This document shows, piece after piece, positions 17,386 to 28,052 of a stretch of 64,000 nt of DNA. A program made the position numbers and the translations under genes. The notes under the pieces are model-generated. The model was not told the origin of the DNA, searched no databases, and was given only the letters and a program-made list of their open reading frames with translations. Numbering within the stretch: the stretch's first letter is position 1; every line of letters begins with the position of its first letter. The stretch is taken from assembly GCA_963829205.1 (NCBI GenBank), contig CAWHHT010000012.1, positions 324,540 to 388,539 of the forward strand, read 5' to 3'. This DNA comes from an uncultured Thermoleophilia bacterium (GTDB lineage Bacteria > Actinomycetota > Thermoleophilia > UBA2241).

Positions 17386-18682
17386 ATGCCCCGTGAGGAA
17401 CCACTGCCCACGCCCCTCGCCCTGCTCGGCGACCTCGGCGAGCTACTCGAAGCCGCCACCGTGGATGACGTGCTGCACGCCGCCGTGGCCGGCGCGTGCC
17501 GTCTGAGCGCCTCGCGGCGCGGGACGGCGGGGCTGTTCGACGGCGAGTCGGCGACCGCCGACGCCTGGTTCGACGCGCGGACCGGCTGGACGCGCGAACG
17601 GCGACGCTGGAGCGCCGGCTACCGGCGCGCCCGGGCAGGCGTGCGCCTCCGCGTCGGCCGTCCTCCGCAACGAGCGGCGCGAGGAGGGCTCGTGGTCGGA
17701 GGAGGCGAGCGGCCTCGGGCCGGTACGCCTGGCCTGCCTGCCCCTCCTGTTCGAGCAGAGTGGCGCGCTCGGGTTCCTGATGGTCGGGAGACCGGGACGA
17801 GGACTTCTCGCCCGGCGACGTGCGTCTGCTCGCCGCGTACTGCCGCGTGGTGGCGGCACGCCTGCGCGAGGTCGCCGGCGCCGGCCGCCGGGCGGTCGTC
17901 GGCTCCGCGGCCCAGGCGGACGTGGCCGAACGCCTGCAGCGCCAGCTGCTGCCGGCCGAGCCTCCGGTCCTCCCCGGCGCGGACATCGCGTTCGCCTATC
18001 GCTCCGCGAGCGCCGGCGTGCTCAGCGGCGGCGACTTCGTCGACTACTACACGCGCCCGCCGTCCTCGACCCTCGCCTTCGCGATCGGCGACGTCGCCGG
18101 CAAGGGCGTCGAGGCCATGGCGGTCACCTTCGTCACCAAGTACATCCTGCGGGCGGCCGTGTTCGGCGGGCAGCTGTCGTGGCCCATCAACCCCGGCGAG
18201 GCGCTGCAGGAGCTGCGGACCGCGCTGCTCGAGCAGCCGGACTTCGGCGAGGACACGGAGCGCTTCGTCACCGTCCTCTTCGGGCTGCTCAGCGTGCGCC
18301 ACGGCACGCTCGAGCTCGCCAGCGCCGGCCACCCCACGCCGTTCCTGGTGCGCGCCGGCGGCGTCGAGCGGCCGCTGCTCCTCACGGAGCCCGCCATCGG
18401 GGTCGAGCTCGGCGCCGCGCTCGCGCCGTACCCCACCGAGACGCTCGAGGTCCGCCCGGGCGACCTCGTCGTCCTGTTCACCGACGGCATCACGGAGACG
18501 CGCGACGCAGCACGGCCGGTTCTTCGAGGAGCGAGATGGCCGGCCTCCTCGCACCTTGCCACGACCGGCCGGCGGCGGAGGTCGTGAGCCTCCTCATGGA
18601 GGCCGCCGAAGCGTTCTCGGCGCGGCCCGCCAGCGACGACCGCGCCGTGCTCTGCATCAGGCTCACCGGCGACGTGGAGTAA
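17386..18682 (+). pseudogene. GAF-domain PP2C (SpoIIE-family) serine phosphatase, several frame changes
   Basis: The PP2C core is SGGDFVDYY..AIGDVAGKGVEAMAVT..LASAGHPTPFLV..LVVLFTDGITE. N-terminal GAF-like and C-terminal (SDDRAVLCIRL) parts lie in other frames. Shifts lie near 17640-17810 and 18510-18540. Confidence 0.7.
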
Positions 18683-18744
18683 ACTAGGTGGCGCCGCACG
18701 CCGATACACGTCAACGACCGTCGGCAAGGCAAGGAGGCCCGGCC

Positions 18745-19161
18745 GTGCGCTACGCGCGCCTGCGTCGTCAGGACGGCCTGATCCGCGAAGCGATCTGGCT
18801 GTTCGTCATCATCGCCATCATCGCCGTGGTGCTGCTCGACGGCCTCGCGCTCTTCCACGCGAACCAGTCGGTGAGGGACGCGGCCACCGCAGCGGCCAAC
18901 GAGGCGCGCAACGCGTACTCCCAGTCGCCCACGCTCGCCTCGGCGAAGCTCGCCGCCCAGAACTACCTCGCCAAGTCGGGAGACACGTTCGTGAAGATGA
19001 CCACCAGCACCGCGCTGGACGGCAGGATCACGTTCACGGTCACGGCGAAGACTCACGCCAACACCTACGCGTTCAAGTACCTGCGCTACGTGGGTCTCAA
19101 GAAGTGGGTGCAGCAGATGAGCAACCCGACCGTCACCCGGAGCTCGGACAGCTCACTGTAG
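18745..19161 (+). CDS. membrane-anchored hypothetical protein (TadE/TadG-like N-terminus)
   Basis: AAGGAGG at 18731-18737, 7 nt before GTG 18745. The N-terminal TM helix AIWLFVIIAIIAVVLLDGLALF is followed by a soluble domain. Confidence 0.5.
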   Translation: MRYARLRRQDGLIREAIWLFVIIAIIAVVLLDGLALFHANQSVRDAATAAANEARNAYSQSPTLASAKLAAQNYLAKSGDTFVKMTTSTALDGRITFTVTAKTHANTYAFKYLRYVGLKKWVQQMSNPTVTRSSDSSL

Positions 19162-19183
19162 ACCCGGCGCCGGAGCGCGGAGC

Positions 19184-20258
19184 TACTGGTCGGTGCGCAG
19201 TCCGCTGCGAGCGGCGTGGCGCTGCAGGCCGAGCTGCACGATCTCCTCGACGAGCGCCTCGTTGCTCACGCCGGACGCCGCCCAGAGGCGCGGGAACCCG
19301 CTCATCGCCGTCATGCCCGGGATCGTGTTGATCTCGTTGAGCAGGACCCGGCCGGTGTCCGGCTCGTAGAAGAAGTCGCAGCGCGCGTAGCCGGCGCAGT
19401 CCAGCGCACTCGAACGCCTTCGCGGCGAGGCGGCCGACCTCGGCCTGGACCTCGTCGCCGACCGGAGCCGGGATCTCGAAGGACATCATGCCCTCGGTGT
19501 ACTTGGACTCGTAGTCGTAGAACTCGTTGACCGGGGATCACCTCGCCGGCGACGCGAGGCGCGCGGCAGGCCGTTGCCGAGCAGGCTGCACTCGAGCTCG
19601 CGGCCCGGCGAGGACGCCTCGATGATCACCTTGCGGTCGTAGGACGCGGCCAGCTCGAGCGCCGGGTCCGAGCTCGGCGCGGTCGTGGGCCTTGGTCATG
19701 CCCACGCTCGAGCCGAGATTGACCGGCTTCACGAAGACCGGGTACTCGAGACGCTCCTCCACGGCCGCCACGGCCGCCGGGCCGGTGGCGGCCGCGTCGC
19801 GCAGCACCACGTAGTCGACCTGCGGCAGGCCGCGCGCGGCGAAGACGTCCTTCATCAGCTCCTTGTCCATGCCCACGGAGCTGCCTACGACGCCCGAGCC
19901 GGCGTAGGCGACGCCGGCCATCTCGAGCAGGCCCTGGATCGTACCGTCCTCGGCGAACGTGCCGTGCATGATCGGGAAGGCGAAGTCGACCGGCGCGAAG
20001 GAGCCGGAGCCGTCGGCGAAGCCGGGGCGGGAGGGGTCGATGACGAGGTGCACGGGCTCGCACTCGACGCTCTCCAGGCCGTCGCTCAGGGCCGCGTCGA
20101 GGTCGGCCGGGCGGACCCAGCGGCCGTCGCGGGTGATGCCCACCGGGCAGGAGCTCGTACTTCTCCGGATCGAGCATGCGCGCCACGAAGGCGGCGGAAG
20201 CGAGGGAGATGTCGTGCTCGGCCGAACGGCCGCCGAAGATCAGGGCGAGCTTGAGCAT
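19184..20258 (-). pseudogene. ddl: D-alanine--D-alanine ligase, at least 4 frame changes
   Basis: [78 protein letters not shown] and [20 protein letters not shown] are all recognisable but lie in different frames. Confidence 0.8.
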
Positions 20259-20315
20259 GCTGGGTACCTTACCCGCGGGTCCGAGGCCGCGCAAGCGCGC
20301 GCGGCGTTGGCGCGC

Positions 20316-20750
20316 TCACGCGGCCGCCATCGTGGCGCACACGAGGCGGTCGAGGAAGGCGTTGGCCGCCTTGAGCTGGTCGAGCGACGTCGGCGAACGA
20401 CGGCATCTCGTCGAGCACGAGCGCGTCGATCAGCACGTCCACCATGACGCGCCGCAGCACGTGCAGGGCGACGACCATGTCGCGCACCGTGAAGCCGAGG
20501 GCGACGCGGTGCTCGCTCTCCGTCGGTCACGCGCTCCTCCACGCGCTTCATGAGACCCGGGCACCTCGTAGTCCTCGGCCTCCGAGCAGGCGATGAGATC
20601 CTCGATCGATCGTGCGCAGGATGCGCTCCCCGAGCGGGCTCGACGAGCAGGTCCTGGTAGTCGGCGTCGACCTCGCCGACGAGCGCGTCGGCCCAGTGCC
20701 GCCAGAGCTGCTCGCGGTGGTCGCGAAGGATGAAGCGGGATGCTCTTCAC
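20316..20750 (-). pseudogene. small RsbRD-N-terminal-like (sensor globin-like) protein, frame changes
   Basis: Protein-like stretches FILRDHREQLWRHWADALV, IEDLIACSEAEDYEVP and RVALGFTVRDMVVALHVLRRVMVDVLIDALVL read in three frames. The GTG start overlaps the larB stop (GTGA). The family call is tentative. Confidence 0.35.
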
Positions 20751-21521
20751 GCGCTCGCCCGGCGCGCGATGAGCGCGGCCGTGGCTCCGGCGCCGATGCC
20801 GTTGTCGATGTTCACCACGACGAGGCCGGGGCTGCAGCTCTGCAGCATGCCGAGCAGCGCCGCCTCGCCCTTGCCGCCGAGGCCGTAGCCGGTCGACGTA
20901 GGGAGGCCGATCACCGGCACGTCGACGAGACCGGCGACGACCGACGGCAGCGCGCCTTCCATGCCGGCGGCGACGACGATCGCCGCGACCCCCGCGGCGC
21001 GCATCTCCTCGAGCGGCGCCGACAGCCGGTGCAGACCGGCCACGCCGACGTCGAAGCCCGAGACGACGAGGACGTCCATCGCGCGGCACATGGCTACGGC
21101 CTCGCCGGCGGCGCCCAGATCGCTGGTGCCGGCGGCGAGGACGCCGACGGCCCCGCGGACGGGCGCCGGAGCGACCCCGGCGCGCCGCACCGTCGCCGAC
21201 GTGGCTGCGCTCGTCGTACGTCGACGTCCGCCTCGACGCCGCGGCCGAGCGCCGCGGCCTGCTCCGGGCTCACGCGGCTGCAGAGCACGACCGGGCCGTG
21301 CTGCAGGAACCCGGCCGGCGATCGCCACGAGCTGCTCGCTCGTCTTGCCGGCGGCGTACACGACCTCGGGGACGCCTTTGCGCGCCGCCCGCGAGACGTC
21401 CAGGCGCGCGTAGTCGCCCACGGCCGCGTAGCCGAAGTGGCGCAGCCGCTCGGCCGCGTCGGCCGCCGGCACGACGCCCCGCGGCGACGTCGGCGAGGAG
21501 CTCTTGGAGAGAGTCGTCCAT
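20747..21521 (-). pseudogene. larB: LarB-like NCAIR-mutase-related protein (nickel-pincer cofactor biosynthesis), frame changes
   Basis: The C-terminal PurE-like fold is VGVLAAGTSDLGAAGEAVAMCRAMD..AGMEGALPSVVAGLVDVPVIGLPTSTGYG. N-terminal segments (MDDSLQELLADVAAG; ERLRHFGYAAVGDYARLDVSRAARKGVPEVVYAAGKT; VSPEQAAAL) sit in other frames. Confidence 0.7.
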
Positions 21522-21665
21522 GCCGCGACATTATGCGCCGAATCAGCGTCTCCTGCCGCCGCCGCGTCATCGCGAGCGACGAATGTCCCAGTGCGTCGCT
21601 GCAGCATAACGAGGAGAATGCCGATGCTCACGGTATAATCGGAGCAGAACGGTCCCGGAAGAGGT

Positions 21666-23208
21666 GTGGTGCCGGAGAAGTCCTACAACATCTACAGGCG
21701 CGAACGCAGCAAGGATCGCCGCCGCTGGCCGTATGCCATCGTGGCGGCGGTCTTCGTCGTTGCGGCCGTCCTCGGCTGGCAGGTGCTCGGAGTCCCCCGG
21801 GTCGCCGCCGTCACCCCGGGTCCCGACGCCTACGTCAAGGACCGGGCTCTTACGGTGATCCTGGACGTGCACGGCCTGCAGAAGCTCTCGGGCGTGCGCG
21901 TCACGTTCGACGGCAAGGACATCACTGCCGGCTCGACGCGCAACGGCGACAAGCTCACGTTCACCACCGGCAACCTCGCCGACGGGCCACATACCGTCTC
22001 CTTCGTCGCGACGAGCTCCAACCTCTTCCGCCACCAGGTGCGCAAGGACTGGCGCTTCACGGTGGACACGAGCATCCCGACGCTCAAGCTGGACGGCGCG
22101 GCCGACGAAGGCCGCATCAACACGTCCCCCGCCTCCTTCAGCGGCTCCACCGAGCCGTTCTCAACGGTCACCGTCGCGAGCGGCACCGTGAAGGCCAGCG
22201 GCGAGGCGGACGCCTCCGGCAAGTACACGGTCAGCGCCAAGCTTCCGGACGGGCCGTCGACGGTGCAGGTGACCACGACCGACCGCGCGGGCAACACGAC
22301 CTCAAAGCAACTCGGCGTCTACGTCGACGCCGTCCCGCCGACCCTCACGGCGACCCAGCTCGGACAAGGTCGTGCACTCTGCCAAGATCAAGATCCACGT
22401 GCAGGCGCGCGACCAGCTGGGCACGCCCAAGGTCAAGGTCGTCCTCGACGGGACGAAGAAGCATCTCAAGGGACCCGCCGCCGCCGCGATCGTCTCCGCC
22501 AAGAACCTCGCCCAGGGCACGCACAAGCTGGTCATCACCGTCACCGACAAGGGCGGCAACGTGGTGACCAGCAAGCAGACCTGGGTCGTCGACAGCACGG
22601 AGCACTTCGGCTCCGCTGCGATGTGGCCTGGCGCCAGGGGCAAGGACGTCAAGCGGCTGCAGAAGCGGCTCGCCGAGCGTCGGCGTCTACAGCGGCCTCA
22701 AGAGCGGCGTCTACGACAACGCAGACGACCGCCGCCGTCAAGAAGTTCCAGGCCAAGTACGGCATGGTCGTGGACGGCCTCGTGGGCACGAACATGCTGA
22801 CCGCCCTCAGCGGCCAGATCATCGTCGACATCGGCAGCCTGCGCCTCTACCTCTACAGCGACGGCCACCTCGTGAAGAGCTACCCGGTCGCGACCGGTCA
22901 GCCCGCATACCCGACGCCTACGGGGACGCTACTCGATCGTCAACATGCAGAAGGACCCGACCTGGCTGCCCCCCAACTCGGACTGGGCGAAGAACGCGAC
23001 GCCCATCGAGCCGGGCACGGCCAATCCGCTCGGTACGCGCTGGATGGGCACGAGCGCCCCGGGCGTGGGCATGCACGGTGTGCCGCCGAGCGAGGATGCG
23101 ACCATCGGCACCTACGCTTCGCACGGCTGCATCCGCATGCACAACTGGGACGCAGTGGACCTCTTCAGCCGCGTCGCCGTGGGGATGCCGGTCATCATCC
23201 GCCAGTAG
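21666..23208 (+). pseudogene. L,D-transpeptidase (YkuD) with Ig-like and peptidoglycan-binding domains, at least 4 frame changes
   Basis: N-terminal TM anchor, then Ig-like repeats (TVSFVATS.., VITVTDKGGN). PG_binding_1-like VKRLQKRLAE..AAVKKFQAKYGMVVDGLVG follows. The catalytic motif is HGVPPSEDATIGTYASHGCIRM. TATAAT lies at 21633-21638 upstream. Confidence 0.75.
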
Positions 23209-23224
23209 CCTGAGAGAGCTCGAA

Positions 23225-23264
23225 GGGGCGCGGAGGTCGCAAGCGACCTCCGCGCCCCTTTGTT
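23225..23264 (+). terminator. intrinsic terminator (usable in both directions)
   Basis: GGGGCGCGGAGGTCGC-aa-GCGACCTCCGCGCCCC is a perfect 16-bp stem, followed by TTTGTT. It lies between convergent stops 23208 and 23283. Confidence 0.65.
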
Positions 23265-23282
23265 CGTCGCGGCCTGGTCGCG

Positions 23283-24716
23283 TCAGTCGACAGCTGGCTG
23301 TACCTCCGCCCGGCCAAAGGCACCCTGAGAGGCCGCGTCGGCCACGGCCTTGACCGCGCCGTCTTCGAGGCCCTCGGCCTCGAGCGCCCGGCGTCCACCG
23401 TAGAGCTTCTTGAAGAGGAAGTAGGCCGGTGGCCCAGTGAGCGCGGCGAGAGAGCCGCCGATGAAGTAGTTCCAGCCGTTGCCGAACGGCGACATCGCGA
23501 GCACCGCCACGGTGATGGGCACGGCGCACATGACCGCCAGCCCTACGGTCCCGAGCGGCACTCTGAACGGCCGCGGCAGGTCCGGCTCCTTCACGCGTAG
23601 GCGCACCGCGGAGATGTAGATCGTGATATGCGCCAGCATGAGCAGGAACACGTCGATGACGATCAGCGTCGCGAACCCCCAGCGTACGAGCAGGGCATCG
23701 ACACCGGCCATGAGCAGGATGGCCGCGTACGGCGTGCCGTACTTCTTGCTGGTCTTGCCGAGGAACCCAGGCAGGAGCTTGTCGCGCGACAACACGAACG
23801 CCGGTCGCGCGCCGGCCGCAAGAAAGGCAAGGAACAGGGCGAAGTTGCCGGCCAGCATGGCGGCGAAGAAGAGGTAGCGCAGCACCTGGCCGCCGGCCAC
23901 CGCCCCCACGCCCATGAAGTCGAGCGCGGTGCTGCCCTCGGTGCCCCAGCGGGCGAACTGGCCGGCGTCGGCGAGCCCGCCCATGGTCGAGAGCACGTAG
24001 AAGCCAAGCACGACCGGGAGGGTGATCATGATCGCTCGCGGGATCACGTAGTGCGGACGCCTGATCTCACCGGCCATGGTCGACAGCGACTCGAAGCCCG
24101 AGTACATCCAGATCCCCACGGCGAGCGCGACGCCGACGCCGCCGATGAGCGAGTTGCCGGGCAGCAGCAACTGCCCGAACGGGTTGTGATGCCAGTTGGC
24201 GATGCCGATCACGGCAAGCGCCGCGAAGGGGATGAACACGATGATCTGCATCACCACGAGCACCCAGGCGGCGAGCTGAAGGCCACGGATGTTGATGTAG
24301 GCGAAGATCGCGATGAGCGCGACCGCGATGCCCCAACGGACCCAGTCGTTGAAGCCGAACCAGTTCTGCATGTAGTCCGACGTGAGGGCGATGTAGACGG
24401 CGGAGTCCACGAAGATCGAGAGGACCCACCACCAGCCCGTCTGAAACCCCATGAACTCGCCGTTGGCGCGCCGGGACCAGCGGTAGAGACCGCCGTCCTC
24501 GGGTATGGCCGCACCCAGCTCGGAACACACGAGCGCCTGCGGGAGACCCCACACGAACGGCAGGATCAACAGGAGGAGCAGAGCAAACCCAGGGCCGGCT
24601 CCACCGACCATGTCCTCGATGCCGAACCCACCCGAACAGACGAAGGAGAAGACCACGAACACCGCGGTCCACACCTTCATGTCGATCTTCTTGAGGTCGC
24701 CCGCCAACTCAGTCAT
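23283..24716 (-). CDS. APC-superfamily permease (paralog of 26414..27933)
   Basis: Start at MTELAGDLKK. SGGFGIEDMVGGAGPGFALLLLLILPFVWGLPQALVCSELGAAIPEDGGLYRW. About 12 TM segments. Confidence 0.85.
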   Translation of the reverse strand: MTELAGDLKKIDMKVWTAVFVVFSFVCSGGFGIEDMVGGAGPGFALLLLLILPFVWGLPQALVCSELGAAIPEDGGLYRWSRRANGEFMGFQTGWWWVLSIFVDSAVYIALTSDYMQNWFGFNDWVRWGIAVALIAIFAYINIRGLQLAAWVLVVMQIIVFIPFAALAVIGIANWHHNPFGQLLLPGNSLIGGVGVALAVGIWMYSGFESLSTMAGEIRRPHYVIPRAIMITLPVVLGFYVLSTMGGLADAGQFARWGTEGSTALDFMGVGAVAGGQVLRYLFFAAMLAGNFALFLAFLAAGARPAFVLSRDKLLPGFLGKTSKKYGTPYAAILLMAGVDALLVRWGFATLIVIDVFLLMLAHITIYISAVRLRVKEPDLPRPFRVPLGTVGLAVMCAVPITVAVLAMSPFGNGWNYFIGGSLAALTGPPAYFLFKKLYGGRRALEAEGLEDGAVKAVADAASQGAFGRAEVQPAVD

Positions 24717-24909
24717 GCCTGATTCCTTCCCCTCTGACCGCGGAGTGCCGCGGTACGCTTCCTCATCCGATGCAAGTATTCGCACATCTGCGAGCGTTGG
24801 CAACCCTATTCGTACTGTTCTATCTGTTTCGATACGAATAGCGCATCCACTAGCAGGACGTTTCGGCCGCTCGTCCGAGCCTCGGTCGGCGCGGCGTGGC
24901 ACGCAAGTG

Positions 24910-24950
24910 GACCGGCCCCGGCGGCGCCGCAGGCGCCGCCGGGGCCGGTC
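24910..24950 (-). terminator. 19-bp perfect stem / 3-nt loop hairpin downstream of the mttB-family gene
   Basis: GACCGGCCCCGGCGGCGCC-gca-GGCGCCGCCGGGGCCGGTC. There is no U-tract, so the terminator role is inferred from position only. Confidence 0.45.
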
Positions 24951-24980
24951 AGGACCCTCTGGCGAAAGTGCGTTGTGGGC

Positions 24981-26414
24981 TCAGCGCGCCGCGAGCGCCC
25001 GCTTGTGGATCGCGGCGAGCGCCGCGAGCGTGTCGTCCGGCAGCGGGAGCGGGTGGTGCGTCTCGAGGATGTGGTCGACTCGCTCGCGCGCGTAGTCCAG
25101 AGAGCTGGGTGAACCGGCGTTCTTCCAGGCGTCCCAGCTCCCGTACACGCCGAAGTCGCTCAGCCACCACTCGCCGGCGCGCACGTTGGCGCGCGTGGAG
25201 CGTTCGCCGAGGAACGAGCCGCACGGGCCGGCGCCGGCGAGCGCGTCGTCGAGCCACAGCTCGTCGCGGACGGGCATGCCGGTGCGCGCCTGGCGCGCGA
25301 TGCGGCTGACCTCGACGTCGAGGATGATCTGCTCGAGGCTGAGGATCGTCGCGCCGCCGAGCAGGCCGGGCCCGACGAGGACGTCCGGGTTGGAGAGTGC
25401 GACGAGCAGAGCCCCGCCGGCCTTCTCCCAGGCGGTCTGCAGATCGGGCTCGTAGTGCTGCGTGCAGAAGCCCGACGACTCCGCCGGCAGGCCGTAGTAC
25501 CGCGCCATCTCCGTGCCGGCGGCGCAGAGCACGGCGTGCTCGATGGCGCCGGCGGCGTAGAGCCCGGTGCGCGGGTCCATCGTCGCGATCACCGGCGCGT
25601 AGAGCACGGGCGTGCCGGGCGCCGCCGCCTGCACGAGGCAGAGCGTGCCGATCGTCTCGCAGTTGGCGGTCAGGATCGTCGCCAGCCGGCTGCCCGGCGC
25701 CGTAGCGCCCTGCAAGGGCATCGGCATGATCGCCACCGGCACGCCGTAGTCGCGCAGCGCCAGCCACGACTCGGTGTAGTCCTTCTCGATGGTGAGCGGC
25801 GACGTCGGCGTGATGAGGAACGAGAGCGGGCGCAGCTCGCGTACCGCCTCGCGCCCGCCGAAGACGACGTCGAGGATCTCCTTGAGCCAGGGCACGAGCT
25901 CGGGCGTGCCGAACGAGTCCTGGACGTGCTTGCTGAACGTGCTGAACACGTCGATGAAGTAGCGCACGAAGCCGCCCGGCTGCTCATAGTCGGCGGCGTA
26001 CTCGGTGGGGCACCAGTAAAGACCGACATCGTCGAGCGCGTCGTGGATGGTCGTGGCCTTGAGCCAGTCGTCGTGGCCGGAGGCGCGGCGCTCGCCGGTC
26101 TTCGCGTCGAAGACCGTGGTGGCGCCGCCGTCGGCCAGCAGCGTGAAGTTGCCCTCGTTCAGCGCGTAGTGCCAGCCGGGGCGACGGCCGCCGAGCGTGT
26201 ACTTCTTCGTAGCGGCCGCCAGGGAGCGCTCGACCAGCTCTGCCGGGAAGCGCACGACGTGCGTGCCCTCGTCGACCTGGGCGCCGGCGCCGGCGAGGAT
26301 CCGGCGCCCCTCGGCGGTGTCGCAGCGCATGCCGGTCTTGCCCAGCACCGCCAGCGTGCGCTCGTGCACCTGCTCCCGCTCGGCCGCCGAAAGGACCTGG
26401 ATGCTGGTCTCCAT
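24981..26414 (-). CDS. trimethylamine methyltransferase (MttB) superfamily protein, non-pyrrolysine type
   Basis: 477-aa uninterrupted ORF. The N-terminus VLSAAEREQVHERTLAVLGKTGMRCDTAEGRRILAGAGAQVDEGTHVVRFPAELVERSL and the overall length match COG5598/MttB-family proteins as I recall them. No in-frame TAG. Confidence 0.75.
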   Translation of the reverse strand: METSIQVLSAAEREQVHERTLAVLGKTGMRCDTAEGRRILAGAGAQVDEGTHVVRFPAELVERSLAAATKKYTLGGRRPGWHYALNEGNFTLLADGGATTVFDAKTGERRASGHDDWLKATTIHDALDDVGLYWCPTEYAADYEQPGGFVRYFIDVFSTFSKHVQDSFGTPELVPWLKEILDVVFGGREAVRELRPLSFLITPTSPLTIEKDYTESWLALRDYGVPVAIMPMPLQGATAPGSRLATILTANCETIGTLCLVQAAAPGTPVLYAPVIATMDPRTGLYAAGAIEHAVLCAAGTEMARYYGLPAESSGFCTQHYEPDLQTAWEKAGGALLVALSNPDVLVGPGLLGGATILSLEQIILDVEVSRIARQARTGMPVRDELWLDDALAGAGPCGSFLGERSTRANVRAGEWWLSDFGVYGSWDAWKNAGSPSSLDYARERVDHILETHHPLPLPDDTLAALAAIHKRALAAR

Positions 26415-27933
26415 CAGGGCTCGCCGCGCCGGCGGCCACGCCGGCAGCCTCGTTCGCGTCTTCGGCGGCCTCGGCCTCCGCCAAGGCGAGCGCGTCGTTG
26501 CCGGCCTCGCTCGCAGGGCCGGCCGGCCCGCCGAAGACCGCCCGGAAGACGACGTAGAGGACGGGCCCCGAGAGCAGGGCGATGAAGCCGGCGATGCCGT
26601 ACCAGCCGACGTCGAACCCGAGGAACCGGAAGCCGGTGAAGCCGAGAAGTTCCGTGCTGCGGTCGATGGCGTTGACGTAGATGGTGAAGATCACGATGAG
26701 GATCGGCGGGATGATCATCGCGATCATGCCCGGCGTGCCCAGCGGGACGCGGAACGGGCGCTTGAGGTCCGGCTCCTTGACGCGCAGCCGGACGGCCGAC
26801 AGGAAGATGAGCACGTAGGCGGAGATGAACAGGATCACGTCGATCACCACCAGGTTGCGGAACGGCCCGACGATCAGTACCGCGTTGAGGATCGCCATCA
26901 GAAGGATAGCGGCAATCGGCGTGCCGAACCGTTTGCTCACGATCGAGATCGACTTTGGGAAGAGACCATCGGCCGAGAGGGCGAACAACGGCCGCGCGCC
27001 GGAGGCCAGGTAGTCGAGGTAGAGCGCCAGGTTGCCGAGCAGCGCGGACGCCAGCAGAGCCACCCCCAGAGCCGAACCCCCGAGAGCCTTGCCGATCTCG
27101 ACGAACGACACATACCCGCCGCCGGCCACCGTCGCGAAGGTGCCCCAGTGCCCGTAGGCGGCGAGGCTGGACAGTGTCGGCAGCACGTACATGATGATGA
27201 TGAACGGGACGGCCAGCATGAGGGCTCTCGGGATGATCTTCTGCGGGTTGCGGATCTCGCCCGACAAGGTCGACATCGACTCGTAGCCGGAGTACATCCA
27301 CACGCCGATCGCGAGACCGAGCGCGAAGACGCCGCCGGTGCCGAAGAACGGCACGCCTGTCGCCGCCACCGGCGTCAGCGGGTTGAATTGCCACTTCGCC
27401 AGCCCGACCACGACCAGCACGAAGAACGGCGCCAGGATGAGCACCGAGAACAGCGTCGAGCTGAGCGCCACCAGCTGGACGCCGAAGATGTTGACCAGCG
27501 TGAAGAGCGCGATGATCGCCCAGCAGATCACGTAGAACCAGATCTGGTCGAAGTGCAGCCAGTTCTGCAGGTACGTGACGCCGAGCACGATGTACACGGA
27601 CGAGTCGACGAAGATCGAGAGCGACCACCACCAGGCGGTCTGGAAGCCCCAGAAGTCGCCAAGACCGCGGCGCGCCCACACGTAGAATCCGCCCTCGCCC
27701 GGCAGGGCCGACCCGAGCTCGCTGGCGATGAGCGCCATCGGCAGGCTCCAGAAGATCGGCAACAGGATGAGCAGCAGGAGCGTCAGGCCGGGGCCGGACG
27801 ACGAGACCATGTCTTCGATGCCGAACGACCCGCCCGACACCAGGATGTAGATCATGAAGAAGACGGTGACGAGGCGGACCTGAGACCGCTTCAGGCTCCT
27901 CGTCGCCGTGCCGGCCGAGACTTCTGTGCTCAT
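26414..27933 (-). CDS. APC-superfamily permease, 3' end uncertain
   Basis: MSTEVSAG.., SGGSFGIEDMVSSSGPGLTLLLLILLPIFWSLPMALIASELGSALPGEGGFYVW. About 12 TM segments plus an Ala/Glu-rich tail. The reading frame has no stop until 25984, inside mttB. A TGATG stop/start overlap with mttB exists in another frame at 26410-26414. Confidence 0.75.
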
Positions 27934-28052
27934 GCTCCTCCCCCGGGTCCGCAGGTGCCCGACAAGTATTGGGCATGCGGTCGGGGCGGGGCCACGGGCG
28001 ATCCTTCGGCAAAGTTAGCGCCGCCCGCGTGCAGACTTCAGCGCCGGCCGGG

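Noticed and set aside
24981-26414. Possible pyrrolysine (in-frame UAG) in the MttB-family gene
   Set aside because: The 477-codon frame is uninterrupted from ATG to stop. No in-frame TAG is present, and no pylTSBCD-like genes are in the window.
27934-28052. Cobalamin riboswitch upstream of the permease-mttB operon
   Set aside because: Only about 120 nt are available, and no B12-box-like sequence was recognisable.
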